From assembly GCA_041664905.1 (NCBI GenBank), contig JBAYJX010000001.1, positions 3,063-67,062 of the forward strand: DNA of 64,000 nt. Reading direction: 5' to 3'. Numbering within the stretch: the stretch's first letter is position 1; each line of letters opens with the position of its first letter. Positions 49,610 through 58,986 of the stretch are shown here, one piece after another. The position numbers and the translations under genes were made by a program. The DNA comes from an archaeon. GTDB lineage: Archaea > Iainarchaeota > Iainarchaeia > Iainarchaeales > JAAZKV01. The notes beneath the pieces were generated by a model that saw only the letters and a program-made list of their open reading frames with translations, did no database searches and was not told the DNA's origin.

Positions 49610-50368
49610 ATGCTTAATGAATCCTTACGCAAACTAGGTCTAACAGAAGGCGAAATAAATGTTTATTTAGCACTGCTTGACCTTGGCGAATCAACTAAAA
49701 CAGCTCTGGCAAAAAAGTCAAACGTAGCACCATCAAATGTTTATGATATTACAAATCGACTAATTGAGAAAGGACTTGTTTCAAAAATGGAAAAAAACGG
49801 GGTGGCCCACTTTTCTCCCGCAAACCCACAACGCTTAATAGATTTTGTTGAAGACAAGCATAAAGAAATCGAAGAAGAAAAAACAGAAGTGCTAAATGTA
49901 TTGCCTCAACTCCTTTCTAAATTTGGCAAAACAAAAAAAGCACTAAAAATAGAATCCTTTTATGGTTGGCAAGGACTGGCAACAGTATTTAGAGATTTAC
50001 TTTCAGAATGTAATGCAGGAGACGAAAATTTAATCTTTGGAGCAAGCACAGGAACAAACCCCAAACAAGCAGATTTGTTTTTTAATAAATACTCTCGAAT
50101 GAGAGAAAAGAAAAAGATTTTTACAAAAATAATTTTTAATGAAGACGTACGAAACAGACCAGAAAGAATTTCTTTTTTTCTAAAATCCAAACAGTATGAT
50201 GTACGATTTATTGAATCAAAAACCCCTTCAGAAATAATTGTTTACCACAACTGCGCAATAATACTCATACTAACTGACGAACCAATCGCAGTACGATTTA
50301 ACGGAGACGAAGTTGCAAAAAGCTTTCGCGCATACTTTGAACTAATGTGGAAACAAGCAAAAAAATAA
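49610..50368 (+). CDS. TrmB-family transcriptional regulator
   Basis: The N-terminal wHTH LGLTEGEINVYLALLDLGESTKTALAKKSNVAPSNVYDITNRLIEKGLV is a TrmB signature, followed by a coiled coil and a C-terminal sensing domain. Confidence 0.75.
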   Translation: MLNESLRKLGLTEGEINVYLALLDLGESTKTALAKKSNVAPSNVYDITNRLIEKGLVSKMEKNGVAHFSPANPQRLIDFVEDKHKEIEEEKTEVLNVLPQLLSKFGKTKKALKIESFYGWQGLATVFRDLLSECNAGDENLIFGASTGTNPKQADLFFNKYSRMREKKKIFTKIIFNEDVRNRPERISFFLKSKQYDVRFIESKTPSEIIVYHNCAIILILTDEPIAVRFNGDEVAKSFRAYFELMWKQAKK

Positions 50369-50375
50369 CTAAATA

Positions 50376-51290
50376 CTACCAAACTAACTTCTTTCCATCC
50401 ACTAAAACTGTAGGGTTAACCAGAATCAAATCATTGTGAACCGGACTCTTGTTCTTTCCCCCGAAAGAAACATTATCTCCAAAAGCGATGTGACAAGTGC
50501 CAAAGATTTTCTCATCATGCAAAATGTTTCCAATCGGTTTTTTGTGCCACTTGTTTGTTCCAATCCCAAATTCTGCGATAACAAACCCATTCTCTACTTG
50601 CTGAACTTCAATGTATGGATGAGCTGCATTATTCCACTCTGCAATTTTGCCCATTTCAATTTTTAGCCAAGCCTTGTTTTCGGGCTTAATTAAATCCTTA
50701 AAGTGATCAATAAATATTTCTCCCTCAGCAGTTTCTTCTATTGGCGCACAATAAATCTCCCCAGTTGGAAGATTTCTAACAAACCCTTTTGTTTTAGGTT
50801 GAGTTCCATACAAAGGACGCTTTTTTATTGAAAAAGAAAGATTTGTTCCACTCGGAGTAGTAACTTGAATATTTTTCTTTCCTTTTAATTGTTTAACAAT
50901 TTTCTTATTCTCTTTCTCAATTTCCTTTAAACTAGCTTCGCCAATTTTTAAAAAAATCTCTTCAGTAACTCCTGGGAGAGTAATTACTTTAGCCCCTTTT
51001 TCAGTGGCTTTTTTTGTTTCGGGACAATGAGTAATGCTTTTTGTTGTTGGGGCAATAACCACTCTTGCCCAAAGCATATCATTTAGTGCTTCATAAATTG
51101 GTTCACTCGGAGCCCGCTCTAGGGGAAGCAAATACTCTTTGAAAGGAACTCCTTTTTTGTTAAGAGCTTCCTTGAAAGCATCATAAACTGAATTTGGAGA
51201 ATGATCATTCATTAACAAAACTTTAGTATTCTTCCGCACACCCAAATATTGAAAAAGAATATTTTCTGCAACTAAAACCAAATCGCTCAC
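50376..51290 (-). CDS. M29-family aminopeptidase-like protein
   Basis: 304 aa. GIGTNKWHKK ... CHIAFGDN resembles the AmpS/aminopeptidase T C-terminal metal site. It is shorter than canonical members. Confidence 0.45.
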   Translation of the reverse strand: MSDLVLVAENILFQYLGVRKNTKVLLMNDHSPNSVYDAFKEALNKKGVPFKEYLLPLERAPSEPIYEALNDMLWARVVIAPTTKSITHCPETKKATEKGAKVITLPGVTEEIFLKIGEASLKEIEKENKKIVKQLKGKKNIQVTTPSGTNLSFSIKKRPLYGTQPKTKGFVRNLPTGEIYCAPIEETAEGEIFIDHFKDLIKPENKAWLKIEMGKIAEWNNAAHPYIEVQQVENGFVIAEFGIGTNKWHKKPIGNILHDEKIFGTCHIAFGDNVSFGGKNKSPVHNDLILVNPTVLVDGKKLVW

Positions 51291-51299
51291 AAAAACACC

Positions 51300-52442
51300 T
51301 CAAAAATTCTTTTTCATTATCTTCACAGCTTTATCAATTTCTTTTTTAGAAACATCTAAAGCAGGAAATAGAACTACCCGTTCGCCAAGAGCACTAATAA
51401 GCAACCCATCTTTCTCACACCTTGAGACAAAATCACTTTTCTTTTGAGTAAAACCAATGCACAAGCCTTTACCTTCAGGTTTACAAAATGTTGCAAGTTG
51501 TTTTGCAAAATAAGCCCCACTTTTTGCTGATTTTTCAATTAGCTTATTTTTCTTTAAATAATCAATATTTGCTATTGCTGATTCAGTCGCAAAAGGATGC
51601 CAACCAAAAGTAGAATAATTACTAAAATCAAAACGCATACCTTCGGCAATCTCTCTTTTTACAATAGTTGCTCCTATTGCCCCATAACCAGAACTCATTC
51701 CCTTAGCAATAGTAATTATATCTGGTTCAATGTTGTGGTGCTCAAAACCAAAACACTTCCCAGTTCTCCCAAACCCAGTAGCAACTTCGTCAACAATAAA
51801 AACAGTATTAGTTTCTTTACAAACTTTGTACACCGCTTGGAAAAAACTCTTCGGAGGAACAACTACACCCAGGTTACAAATTATGGGTTCACAAATGAAT
51901 GCACAAATATTCTTCTTTTCAATTAACTCAACCGTAGTTTGAGTTGTTTTCTCCCAATCTCCAGCATTTATCTGAATAAAATTTTCTGAAAAAGGCCCAA
52001 AGTGCTTTTCATGATCCGCAAGCTTAACTAAACTCATGCAAGCAAATGACTGGCCATGATAAGCCTCTTTGAATGCAATAAATTTATTTCTATGATTAAA
52101 GGCTTTAGCAGTTTTTAGAGCAACTTCAACGGCTTCAGTTCCCCCAGTTGCTTTAAAACAAGTATAATCTTTGCTAGGGAGTAGCGAAACAAGTTTTTCT
52201 GCCAAAACCTCCCAACGCGCATACTGATAAGTTGGAGAAACGTATTCGGGCCCAGTAAACTTTTTTACTGCTGCACGAATTTCTTTTTTACCCCAACCCG
52301 CGTTACCCACACACCAGCCCATTGTGAAATCAAGGTATTTTTTTCCATTCTTGTCAAACAAGTAATTACCTTTTGAGCTAACTACCTCTATCGGAAGCGG
52401 AGGCGAATCTCTAAACAAAAAACTTTCTTTCATACAAATCAA
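51300..52442 (-). CDS. class III PLP-dependent aminotransferase (ArgD/GabT-like)
   Basis: FIVDEVATGFGRTGKCFGFEHHNIEPDIITIAKGMSSG carries the PLP-lysine motif. Confidence 0.8.
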   Translation of the reverse strand: MICMKESFLFRDSPPLPIEVVSSKGNYLFDKNGKKYLDFTMGWCVGNAGWGKKEIRAAVKKFTGPEYVSPTYQYARWEVLAEKLVSLLPSKDYTCFKATGGTEAVEVALKTAKAFNHRNKFIAFKEAYHGQSFACMSLVKLADHEKHFGPFSENFIQINAGDWEKTTQTTVELIEKKNICAFICEPIICNLGVVVPPKSFFQAVYKVCKETNTVFIVDEVATGFGRTGKCFGFEHHNIEPDIITIAKGMSSGYGAIGATIVKREIAEGMRFDFSNYSTFGWHPFATESAIANIDYLKKNKLIEKSAKSGAYFAKQLATFCKPEGKGLCIGFTQKKSDFVSRCEKDGLLISALGERVVLFPALDVSKKEIDKAVKIMKKNF

Positions 52443-53245
52443 ACCTTTAATTTCATCCCATCAAACGCAAAATCAAAATTAACATTAGAGTACTTCTTTT
52501 TCATCTTTTTTAAGTAATCTTCTCCCCAAAAACCAATTTCATCTTCTTCAATGTGAGTAAGAATTGTCTTTTTAGGAGCAAATTCTTTTATTCGATCAAT
52601 CATTGCAGGGAAAGAAAGTTCATAATCGACAGTTCGGTACGAGAAAACACCGCACTCAGTAATCAACAAGTCCAATTCAGGGAGTTTCTGCGAAAACTCC
52701 ATTGTATCGCAAGGTGAGTAAAAGACTCTCTTTTTGCCTTGTTCAAAAAGAAACCCAAAAATAGTTGAATCCATTCCAGTGTAACCTACCGGAGTAACTT
52801 TTACTTTACCAAACTTTATTGATTTATTGTGTTCAATAAAATTGAATTTAGCGACTTTTAGAATTTTACTGTAGTACTCCAAAACATCCATCTTTTTCTT
52901 AAGTGTATTATACACTTTCTTCGAAATAAAAATATTAATTTTCTTCTTTGGTTTATTTGTTCTAAAATTAAAAGATGATTCAAGCAATGGTCTTAACCCA
53001 AAAGTATGATCTGGGTGCCAGTGAGTGATAAACAAGCTATCGACTCGCTTAATGTCTCTGCGGTTTAGCGAGTCCCCAATATCTTCCCCACAATCAACAA
53101 CAGCATTAATATCTTTCACAAACAAAGAACTGCAGTTTCGTTTAAATGGTTCACCAAACTTTCTTGCTTTCTTACAAACAGCACACTTGCAAAACGGTCT
53201 TGGCGTAGCTATTGCTCCACCCGAACCCAAAACAACAAATTCCAT
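52439..53245 (-). CDS. metallo-beta-lactamase-fold hydrolase, PhnP-like
   Basis: It has an N-terminal GSGGA...CKCAVCKK zinc motif plus ITHWHPDH and ILTHIEEDE, as in the PhnP cyclic phosphodiesterase. Confidence 0.65.
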   Translation of the reverse strand: MEFVVLGSGGAIATPRPFCKCAVCKKARKFGEPFKRNCSSLFVKDINAVVDCGEDIGDSLNRRDIKRVDSLFITHWHPDHTFGLRPLLESSFNFRTNKPKKKINIFISKKVYNTLKKKMDVLEYYSKILKVAKFNFIEHNKSIKFGKVKVTPVGYTGMDSTIFGFLFEQGKKRVFYSPCDTMEFSQKLPELDLLITECGVFSYRTVDYELSFPAMIDRIKEFAPKKTILTHIEEDEIGFWGEDYLKKMKKKYSNVNFDFAFDGMKLKV

Positions 53246-53332
53246 AATATACTACCACTTCTAAAATATAAAAAGCTGTTTATGACTTGTCTTCGGCAAT
53301 TCCACAGAAAAATAAATTAAAAATTGTGGAAG

Positions 53333-54160
53333 TTACCTAAAAGTCAGTCGGTTATTATTTTCAAAGTTTGACTTTGAAACGGCTTTTTGCCACTTCTCCA
53401 CAACGGTTGTGTCAAAAATACTACCCAATTCTTTTTCAACAGAAATACCATCAACCAAAGTGGGCATAAAAACAACGCCGTTTGGGTTTATAAAAAAATA
53501 AGCTTTGTCTCGGTCAGTAACTTTGCAAGTAACAAGTTTAAATGAAAATTTGGTCTGCGACAATTTGCGAGTTATCAAATCAAACGCCGCATAGGGAACC
53601 TCAAGTGATTGTCTATTGGTTAAAGCATTCTTATTTTGGGGCAAGAATTGATATATTTTCCAAATGTCAACAGGGTATTTCCCCAGCTTTTCAGCTAAAT
53701 TATTCAGCTCGCCAATATTATCTTTTGTTATTACTGTCCCAATCCTAATTAAGGGACGCTTACTAGCACTTTTCAAAAACTCAAGAATTTTGAAAGCATT
53801 TTCAACATTTTCTTCACAACGATAACTTTTATTAACAAAATCTATTGGCAACCCTAAAACTTTAATATCCTCAAGTATCACATTACTATGCTTAAAAAAG
53901 AAGTCTCCATTTGAGTCTAAAAAAATATCAAAGCCAATTTGTTTTAACTCAGAAATAATCTTGTCAAAGTCATCTCTACAAAGTGGTTCTCCCCCAGTAA
54001 GACAAATTTCTCTCGCCCCCCCCTCAAAGAGATACTCTGCCATTTTTTTAATTTCTTCAAAAGACATATCTTCGATTAATCGGTCAGGCCCATAACAATA
54101 TGCACAGTCGTTGTTGCACTTTGAGGTTACCCTAAAAACTACTGTTTTTGGAAAGCCCAT
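53333..54160 (-). CDS. radical SAM protein
   Basis: It has CNNDCAYCYG (CxxxCxxC) and a GGEPL SAM motif. At 275 aa there is no SPASM extension. Confidence 0.8.
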   Translation of the reverse strand: MGFPKTVVFRVTSKCNNDCAYCYGPDRLIEDMSFEEIKKMAEYLFEGGAREICLTGGEPLCRDDFDKIISELKQIGFDIFLDSNGDFFFKHSNVILEDIKVLGLPIDFVNKSYRCEENVENAFKILEFLKSASKRPLIRIGTVITKDNIGELNNLAEKLGKYPVDIWKIYQFLPQNKNALTNRQSLEVPYAAFDLITRKLSQTKFSFKLVTCKVTDRDKAYFFINPNGVVFMPTLVDGISVEKELGSIFDTTVVEKWQKAVSKSNFENNNRLTFR

Positions 54161-54164
54161 TCAA

Positions 54165-55130
54165 TCACCACTTTTGGTACAACCCAGCTCTTCCTTGTTT
54201 TAACCAGTATTCATTTTCTTTTGTTTTATTGCCTTTGTGTTTTGCAAATAAGGGCATGAGAACATAAATTGAGTACGCTACTTTAATCAAAACAGGTAAT
54301 GCCGTAAGTTCTCTTTTTGTTAAAGAAACTATTTTTTGGTATTCACTTAGTGCAATAACAATGTTCTTTTTTGTTTTTGCTTTACTTGTTGGAACAAAAA
54401 AAGAGTTACAACAAAGTATTGCCAGTTCGTTTATTCTAGGAGAATAATTGGATACTGAAAAATCAATTAACCACAGTTTTCCTCCCTCGTCTTTTATTAT
54501 ATTTGTTTTTATCAAATCCCCGTGAACAAACGCACGAGGCAATTTGTTAGTTTTGAGTGCACAAAATTCTTCTACTATCGGCTCAATCAACTCTAAATCT
54601 CTTTTTGGAAGAAACTTTCTTTTTTTCTTAAACTCTCTGGCAAAGTTATCTATTGACCAACTATCATAAACAAACCTTGGTTTTGTTTTGATTAAACTTA
54701 TTCTTGCGGCTTGTTTAGCTAAAGATTTTACTTCACTCTCTGTTAAATTAGATTTTGAATCAAACAAACTTTTTCCTTCAATAAAATCCATTACAACTAA
54801 GCGAAGTTTTTTTCCATTTACGCTAACTGTATTTACTAACCCTTTCTTTGATTTTATTATTTTAGGAGTTTGAACACCTTGCTTTAACGCACTTTCTATT
54901 CTCCCACAATAACCCTTACAATCAGCAAGCGAACGAAAACTTGCAAACACTTTGACAAAAAACTTGCCTTTTGTTGTGCATAACGAAAAGTTAAAGTCCT
55001 CATAACCTATTTTGGCAAGTTCGGAAGAAACATAAATTCCAAAAGAATACTCTTTGCAAATCTCAATTCCAATATCGCTTAAGGTGCCCTTAAACCCAAT
55101 TCGCTTTTTGAAAATATCTTCTTCATTCAT
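54165..55130 (-). CDS. aminoglycoside-phosphotransferase-fold small-molecule kinase
   Basis: It has the catalytic loop FVHGDLIKTNII and a DFS motif (LWLIDFSVSNY), which is an APH/choline-kinase/MtnK-like fold. Confidence 0.65.
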   Translation of the reverse strand: MNEEDIFKKRIGFKGTLSDIGIEICKEYSFGIYVSSELAKIGYEDFNFSLCTTKGKFFVKVFASFRSLADCKGYCGRIESALKQGVQTPKIIKSKKGLVNTVSVNGKKLRLVVMDFIEGKSLFDSKSNLTESEVKSLAKQAARISLIKTKPRFVYDSWSIDNFAREFKKKRKFLPKRDLELIEPIVEEFCALKTNKLPRAFVHGDLIKTNIIKDEGGKLWLIDFSVSNYSPRINELAILCCNSFFVPTSKAKTKKNIVIALSEYQKIVSLTKRELTALPVLIKVAYSIYVLMPLFAKHKGNKTKENEYWLKQGRAGLYQKW

Positions 55131-55164
55131 CCAAAACCACTACAATCCTAATACAATCTCTATT

Positions 55165-55737
55165 TTACTCAATAAACCTTTCTTTTACTTCGAGTTCATC
55201 AAAAACAATTTTTCCTGCGATTTTTCCTTCTTTTGACCAAGCCCAAAAGAAAACAGGCAACTTTTTCTTTTTTAACAAATGAACTTTTCTCAAAACGTTT
55301 TCAGTAGTAACCATAAACAATTCGTGGTGCTGATATTTTTTTATGATTGAAGATTCTGCCCAGTAAATGCACTCAAAGTTCTTGTAATTAACTTTTTTTA
55401 GTATCCTGCTTGCAAGCTGGGCTTCCGTGATTTTCTTGCTCAAGAACAACTTTTCAAGCTTTTTTGTACAAGGCAAAAAAATACTGCTACCAACAACACT
55501 CTTTCCGTCAAAAATCACTTCAATAAACTCTGGAAACAATTTGCTTATTTTCAAAAACAACTTGCAATCAGATTTCATTTGAGTTTTATCAAGATTAGTT
55601 TTAAAAAAATTCTCTGAAATCGCCGCAGCTTCCTTTAGCTGACTGTTAGAAACGTTAGTTCCATCAAAAAAGAAAAGTTCTTTCATGAGATAAATAAGGT
55701 TTTGTGAGTTAAAATATTTTGCGTTAACACAAACCAA
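55165..55737 (-). CDS. hypothetical protein, first gene of the kinase/radical-SAM operon
   Basis: 190 aa with no recognised motif. Confidence 0.35.
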   Translation of the reverse strand: MVCVNAKYFNSQNLIYLMKELFFFDGTNVSNSQLKEAAAISENFFKTNLDKTQMKSDCKLFLKISKLFPEFIEVIFDGKSVVGSSIFLPCTKKLEKLFLSKKITEAQLASRILKKVNYKNFECIYWAESSIIKKYQHHELFMVTTENVLRKVHLLKKKKLPVFFWAWSKEGKIAGKIVFDELEVKERFIE

Positions 55738-55891
55738 GCAAAATTCTCAACAACACTCAGAATTGATTGAATAATCCCAAACATATTTTAGTACTTGAAC
55801 AATCAGTTTCATAATATTTACCATCAGATGACGGCAATTTGAGTTGGTTACAAAAAGTAACCAACTGAGGTTCTCTAAATTTTAATACTTT

Positions 55892-56068
55892 TCAATAATT
55901 TCGAGCATCTTCACTTTCAGTCAATGCCGCAATAACATCAACCACACTAAAAAACCATTCTTCATCATGCCAAAGTCGCCTTATCTTCTTATCCTGAAAA
56001 ACAACTAAAGCTTTATTTTCATCACCAATAACAACAAATTTTTCTAATAAGAATACTTCTAAATTCAT
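55892..56068 (-). CDS. Bro-N/DinD-like domain fragment (58 aa)
   Basis: Not in the ORF track. The manual translation MNLEVFLLEKFVVIGDENKALVVFQDKKIRRLWHDEEWFFSVVDVIAALTESEDARNY matches the Bro-N consensus (iR.v..dGe.WF...Dva.aLg). Confidence 0.4.
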   Translation of the reverse strand: MNLEVFLLEKFVVIGDENKALVVFQDKKIRRLWHDEEWFFSVVDVIAALTESEDARNY

Positions 56069-56228
56069 AATTTAAGCTTTTCATAACCTCCATGCCTGCG
56101 AAAAAAAAATTAAAAGATTAAATTGTGAGTTAACACCAAGAATAATAGAAAAAGTGTTTTTGTTAAAACTGGTTATAACTTTGACTGGTGGAGAAATTTC
56201 CATTTTTGGATTATCTACGTCAACGCTT

Positions 56229-57092
56229 TCAAGGTCTCCGGAAGTTATCAATTTCTTTCAACTTATCAAGTTCAATTAAATCTTCTTTTTTTATTTTCCA
56301 GCCGAACGCACCAAGATTCTCTTTCAAGTGCACTACATTCGTTGATTTTGGAATAGCAACAACACCTTCTTTTGTTATAAGCCAGTTAAGACAAAGCTGC
56401 GCAGGAGTCTTTCCATATTTTTGAGCTATTATTTGAACAGTTTTATTTTCAAGAAGAAGTTTTCTTTCAAGTGGCCTCACTGCCATTGTAATAATTCCTT
56501 CTTTCTGCTGGTAAGGAATCACTTCACTCTCCATATTCTTGCTTGTGCCATAATAACCAAGATTTCTTGCAAACAAACTATACTCTATTTGATTTACTAC
56601 AATCGGAGCGTCAGATTTTGTTTGTGCTTCCTTTAACATTTCTAAAGAAAATGCACTCACCCCAATAGTTTTTGTTAATCCTTCCTTTACCAACAAGTTC
56701 ATCGCGTCAAGAGTTTCTTTTAAAGGAACTTCAGGGTTGGGCATGTGAATAAGATATAAGTCAAGATAATCAGTACCTAATCTCTTCAAACTATTCTTAC
56801 AAGACTCAATGACTTTGTTGTACTGCAAATTGGTTCTGTAAACTTTACTTACTAAAAACAAATCTTTTCTTACAGTATCTTGAATTGCTTTGCCAATTAA
56901 TTCTTCACAATGCCCCGCACTATACATTTCAGCAGTATCAATTAGAGTATAACCCATTTCTATTGCACTCTTAATCGCCGCAACTTCACTCACATCATTA
57001 ACAGTACTTGGAGTGCGCTCTCCCCCAACTTTCCAAGTTCCAAGTCCTAACGCAGGAATTTTGTCCCCAGTAAGAAGTTTTCTGTATTCCAT
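56229..57092 (-). CDS. aldo/keto reductase
   Basis: It has LGLGTWKVGG, an IDTAEMY active-site region and IGVSAFS. Confidence 0.85.
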   Translation of the reverse strand: MEYRKLLTGDKIPALGLGTWKVGGERTPSTVNDVSEVAAIKSAIEMGYTLIDTAEMYSAGHCEELIGKAIQDTVRKDLFLVSKVYRTNLQYNKVIESCKNSLKRLGTDYLDLYLIHMPNPEVPLKETLDAMNLLVKEGLTKTIGVSAFSLEMLKEAQTKSDAPIVVNQIEYSLFARNLGYYGTSKNMESEVIPYQQKEGIITMAVRPLERKLLLENKTVQIIAQKYGKTPAQLCLNWLITKEGVVAIPKSTNVVHLKENLGAFGWKIKKEDLIELDKLKEIDNFRRP

Positions 57093-58085
57093 TCAAACCA
57101 CCTTGCTTACAAGTTTTTTTAGAATTGCTTGTTTGTTTTCTTTTATTGCTGTGCTTAGTTCTTGTGCTCTTTTTTCGAGACACAAATAAATGAACTTTGC
57201 GAATTTATTATATTCTTTGCTCAATTGAAGTCGTTCAAGTAATACAACATAGCTTTGCCTATTTTCAAGGTTAATTATTGCTCTTGGATAACCCGCATTC
57301 CCGAGCATCACATTAAGCACTTCTCTTCCTGTTCGACCATTACCATCTAAAAACGGGTGAATTTCTTCAAATCGTGCGTGAAACTCTGCTGCTAATTCAA
57401 CTGGGTGAATTTTTTCTTTGTTTTTATTAAGCCAAGCCAGTAATTTTTCCATTTCTTTTGGAACCGCTTCTGCACTTTGCGGTTTGGTTGTTGAACCTGT
57501 AATGAACATTGGTCCATCGCGATATTCACCAGGTTTTTTATCATCAAAACCACGCATAATGGCCGAATGAATTCTTTTTATGTTTCGTTCATTTAAATCA
57601 ATAATTTTTTTTGATTCTTTCGCAGCAAACAACATATTTTCAATTTCTCTAACCTCATCAACTTTTTTGCCCGATATAGATATTCCTTTGCTCAAAACCA
57701 AGTTTGCTTCCTGCAAACTCAGAGAATTGCCTTCAACGGAAGCACTTCCTTGTGCATATCTAACAAATTCATCTTCTTTAAAGGATTCAAACTCTTCAGG
57801 AAAAAAATTGCTTAACAAAGAATAATCCACTTTCAATCTTTCAAGAACAAGCAATTCATTCAGATTCAAATTTTGAGTTTTAAACTCTTTTTGAGAAAAC
57901 TTCAAATTCTCAAGAGCGGTTTTTTGAACCAAAGAATCAAATGCCTCACCAATATTTCTTGCCAAAGTTTCTTTAAGCCCTAAAAAAAAACTAACCCTCT
58001 TGCCGAACAGTCTGTCCTCTAAGTAAAAGTAATCCTTGGACTTGACCCTTCTTTTTGAAATGAACATAATAACTGTTATCACCAA
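57093..58085 (-). CDS. Fic/Doc family protein
   Basis: It has the canonical Fic motif HPFLDGNGRTGR. Confidence 0.85.
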   Translation of the reverse strand: MVITVIMFISKRRVKSKDYFYLEDRLFGKRVSFFLGLKETLARNIGEAFDSLVQKTALENLKFSQKEFKTQNLNLNELLVLERLKVDYSLLSNFFPEEFESFKEDEFVRYAQGSASVEGNSLSLQEANLVLSKGISISGKKVDEVREIENMLFAAKESKKIIDLNERNIKRIHSAIMRGFDDKKPGEYRDGPMFITGSTTKPQSAEAVPKEMEKLLAWLNKNKEKIHPVELAAEFHARFEEIHPFLDGNGRTGREVLNVMLGNAGYPRAIINLENRQSYVVLLERLQLSKEYNKFAKFIYLCLEKRAQELSTAIKENKQAILKKLVSKVV

Positions 58086-58302
58086 AAAGTATAAAAATCG
58101 ATGTTTTGCCCAAAAATGGTTATAACGGCAGATTAGCAGGAGATCTTTTCCTTTTGGTTGACAGTTTGTAGTTGGTTCTTTGTAGCAGAGTGCGTTCGAA
58201 CCGAATTTTTTTTGTCTAATTGTTTCTTGTTCAGATAATCATCTTTGTGATTATTTTTCCATCAGAACATATTAAATTCTCTACTGCGTAACTTATTATC
58301 AT

Positions 58303-58860
58303 ATGATAAAAAAGCTTATTGGGGGAAGAAATACTGTCAAAGCTAAAGTTAAACTTGGAAAAAGATTAGGAACAGGACTAGAAGGAACAGTTCGCGAGGC
58401 AAATTTAATTTTTGGTAAAAATGGTAAAACGAGAACTCACCAATTCGCAGTCAAAAGTTTCAAATGGTACTTCGACTCATATGGTGCTTGGGCAAATCCG
58501 AAGAAACAGTTTCAAATAATGAAAGAACTATCCACTCTAAATAGACAAGGAAAATTAGGGTTAAGAATCATTCCAACAATTCGTTTAATAAAAACTGTTT
58601 TTGGAAAAGATAAATTATTGGTAACAAAACTTAATATTGTAAAAGATCTAACTCCAGAACAGCACGCCGATTATTTAAGAGATATAAAAAGACAAAGTCT
58701 AATTGGTGCAAAAAATGGTTATTCAATCCTAAAAGATGCATTTCAACCAGTACTAGATAAAAACGGCAAAGTAATCGCAGTCTTAACTGATTTTGGGCAG
58801 GTTTCAAAAACAAAGCCGATTGCCATAAACGAGTTAACCAATCGTTTGCTCACAAAGTGA
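58303..58860 (+). CDS. small atypical protein-kinase-like protein
   Basis: 185 aa with a Gly-rich loop LGTGLEGTV, a beta3 Lys (FAVK) and a DFG motif (VLTDFGQ). The fold is minimal, at Bud32/RIO size. Confidence 0.4.
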   Translation: MIKKLIGGRNTVKAKVKLGKRLGTGLEGTVREANLIFGKNGKTRTHQFAVKSFKWYFDSYGAWANPKKQFQIMKELSTLNRQGKLGLRIIPTIRLIKTVFGKDKLLVTKLNIVKDLTPEQHADYLRDIKRQSLIGAKNGYSILKDAFQPVLDKNGKVIAVLTDFGQVSKTKPIAINELTNRLLTK

Positions 58861-58910
58861 TGCAGCTCGGCCGGGAATTGAACCCGGGCCTTTGTTTATT
58901 TTTATTTGCT
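58861..58910. other. GC-rich hairpin + T-tract; on minus strand reads as tRNA T-arm/acceptor 3' fragment
   Basis: The plus strand has GGCCGGGAATTGAACCCGGGCC followed by tttgtttatttttattt, an intrinsic-terminator-like element after ORF 58303..58860. On the minus strand it reads CCGGG-TTCAATT-CCCGG-CCGAGCTG, a consensus T-arm plus acceptor 3' strand with no tRNA body. Confidence 0.35.
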
Positions 58911-58915
58911 TCATA

Positions 58916-58986
58916 TGCGACCTACGGGAGTCGAACCCGTGCTTTCACCTTGGGAAGGTGAATTCATACCGTTAGATCAAAGTCGC
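58916..58986 (-). tRNA. tRNA-Gly (anticodon CCC)
   Basis: Manual fold of the minus strand gives a 7-bp acceptor GCGACTT/AGGTCGC with one G-U pair. The anticodon arm is TCACC-TTCCCAA-GGTGA with U33 and A37. The T-arm is ACGGG-TTCGACT-CCCGT, the discriminator is A, and CCA is not encoded. The D-stem is imperfect. Confidence 0.7.

Noticed and set aside
58150-58230. GTTCGAACC motif (T-loop-like) in the Fic/mini-kinase spacer as a possible tRNA
   Set aside because: No flanking sequence forms a T-stem, acceptor stem or anticodon arm on either strand. It is an isolated palindrome.
58861-58890. tRNA-3'-like fragment as a Nanoarchaeum-style split tRNA half
   Set aside because: Split 3' halves begin at position 38 and are preceded by a GC-rich complementary leader. 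This element starts only at the T-stem, is preceded by AT-rich sequence, and has no matching 5' half nearby. An att scar or terminator hairpin is more plausible.
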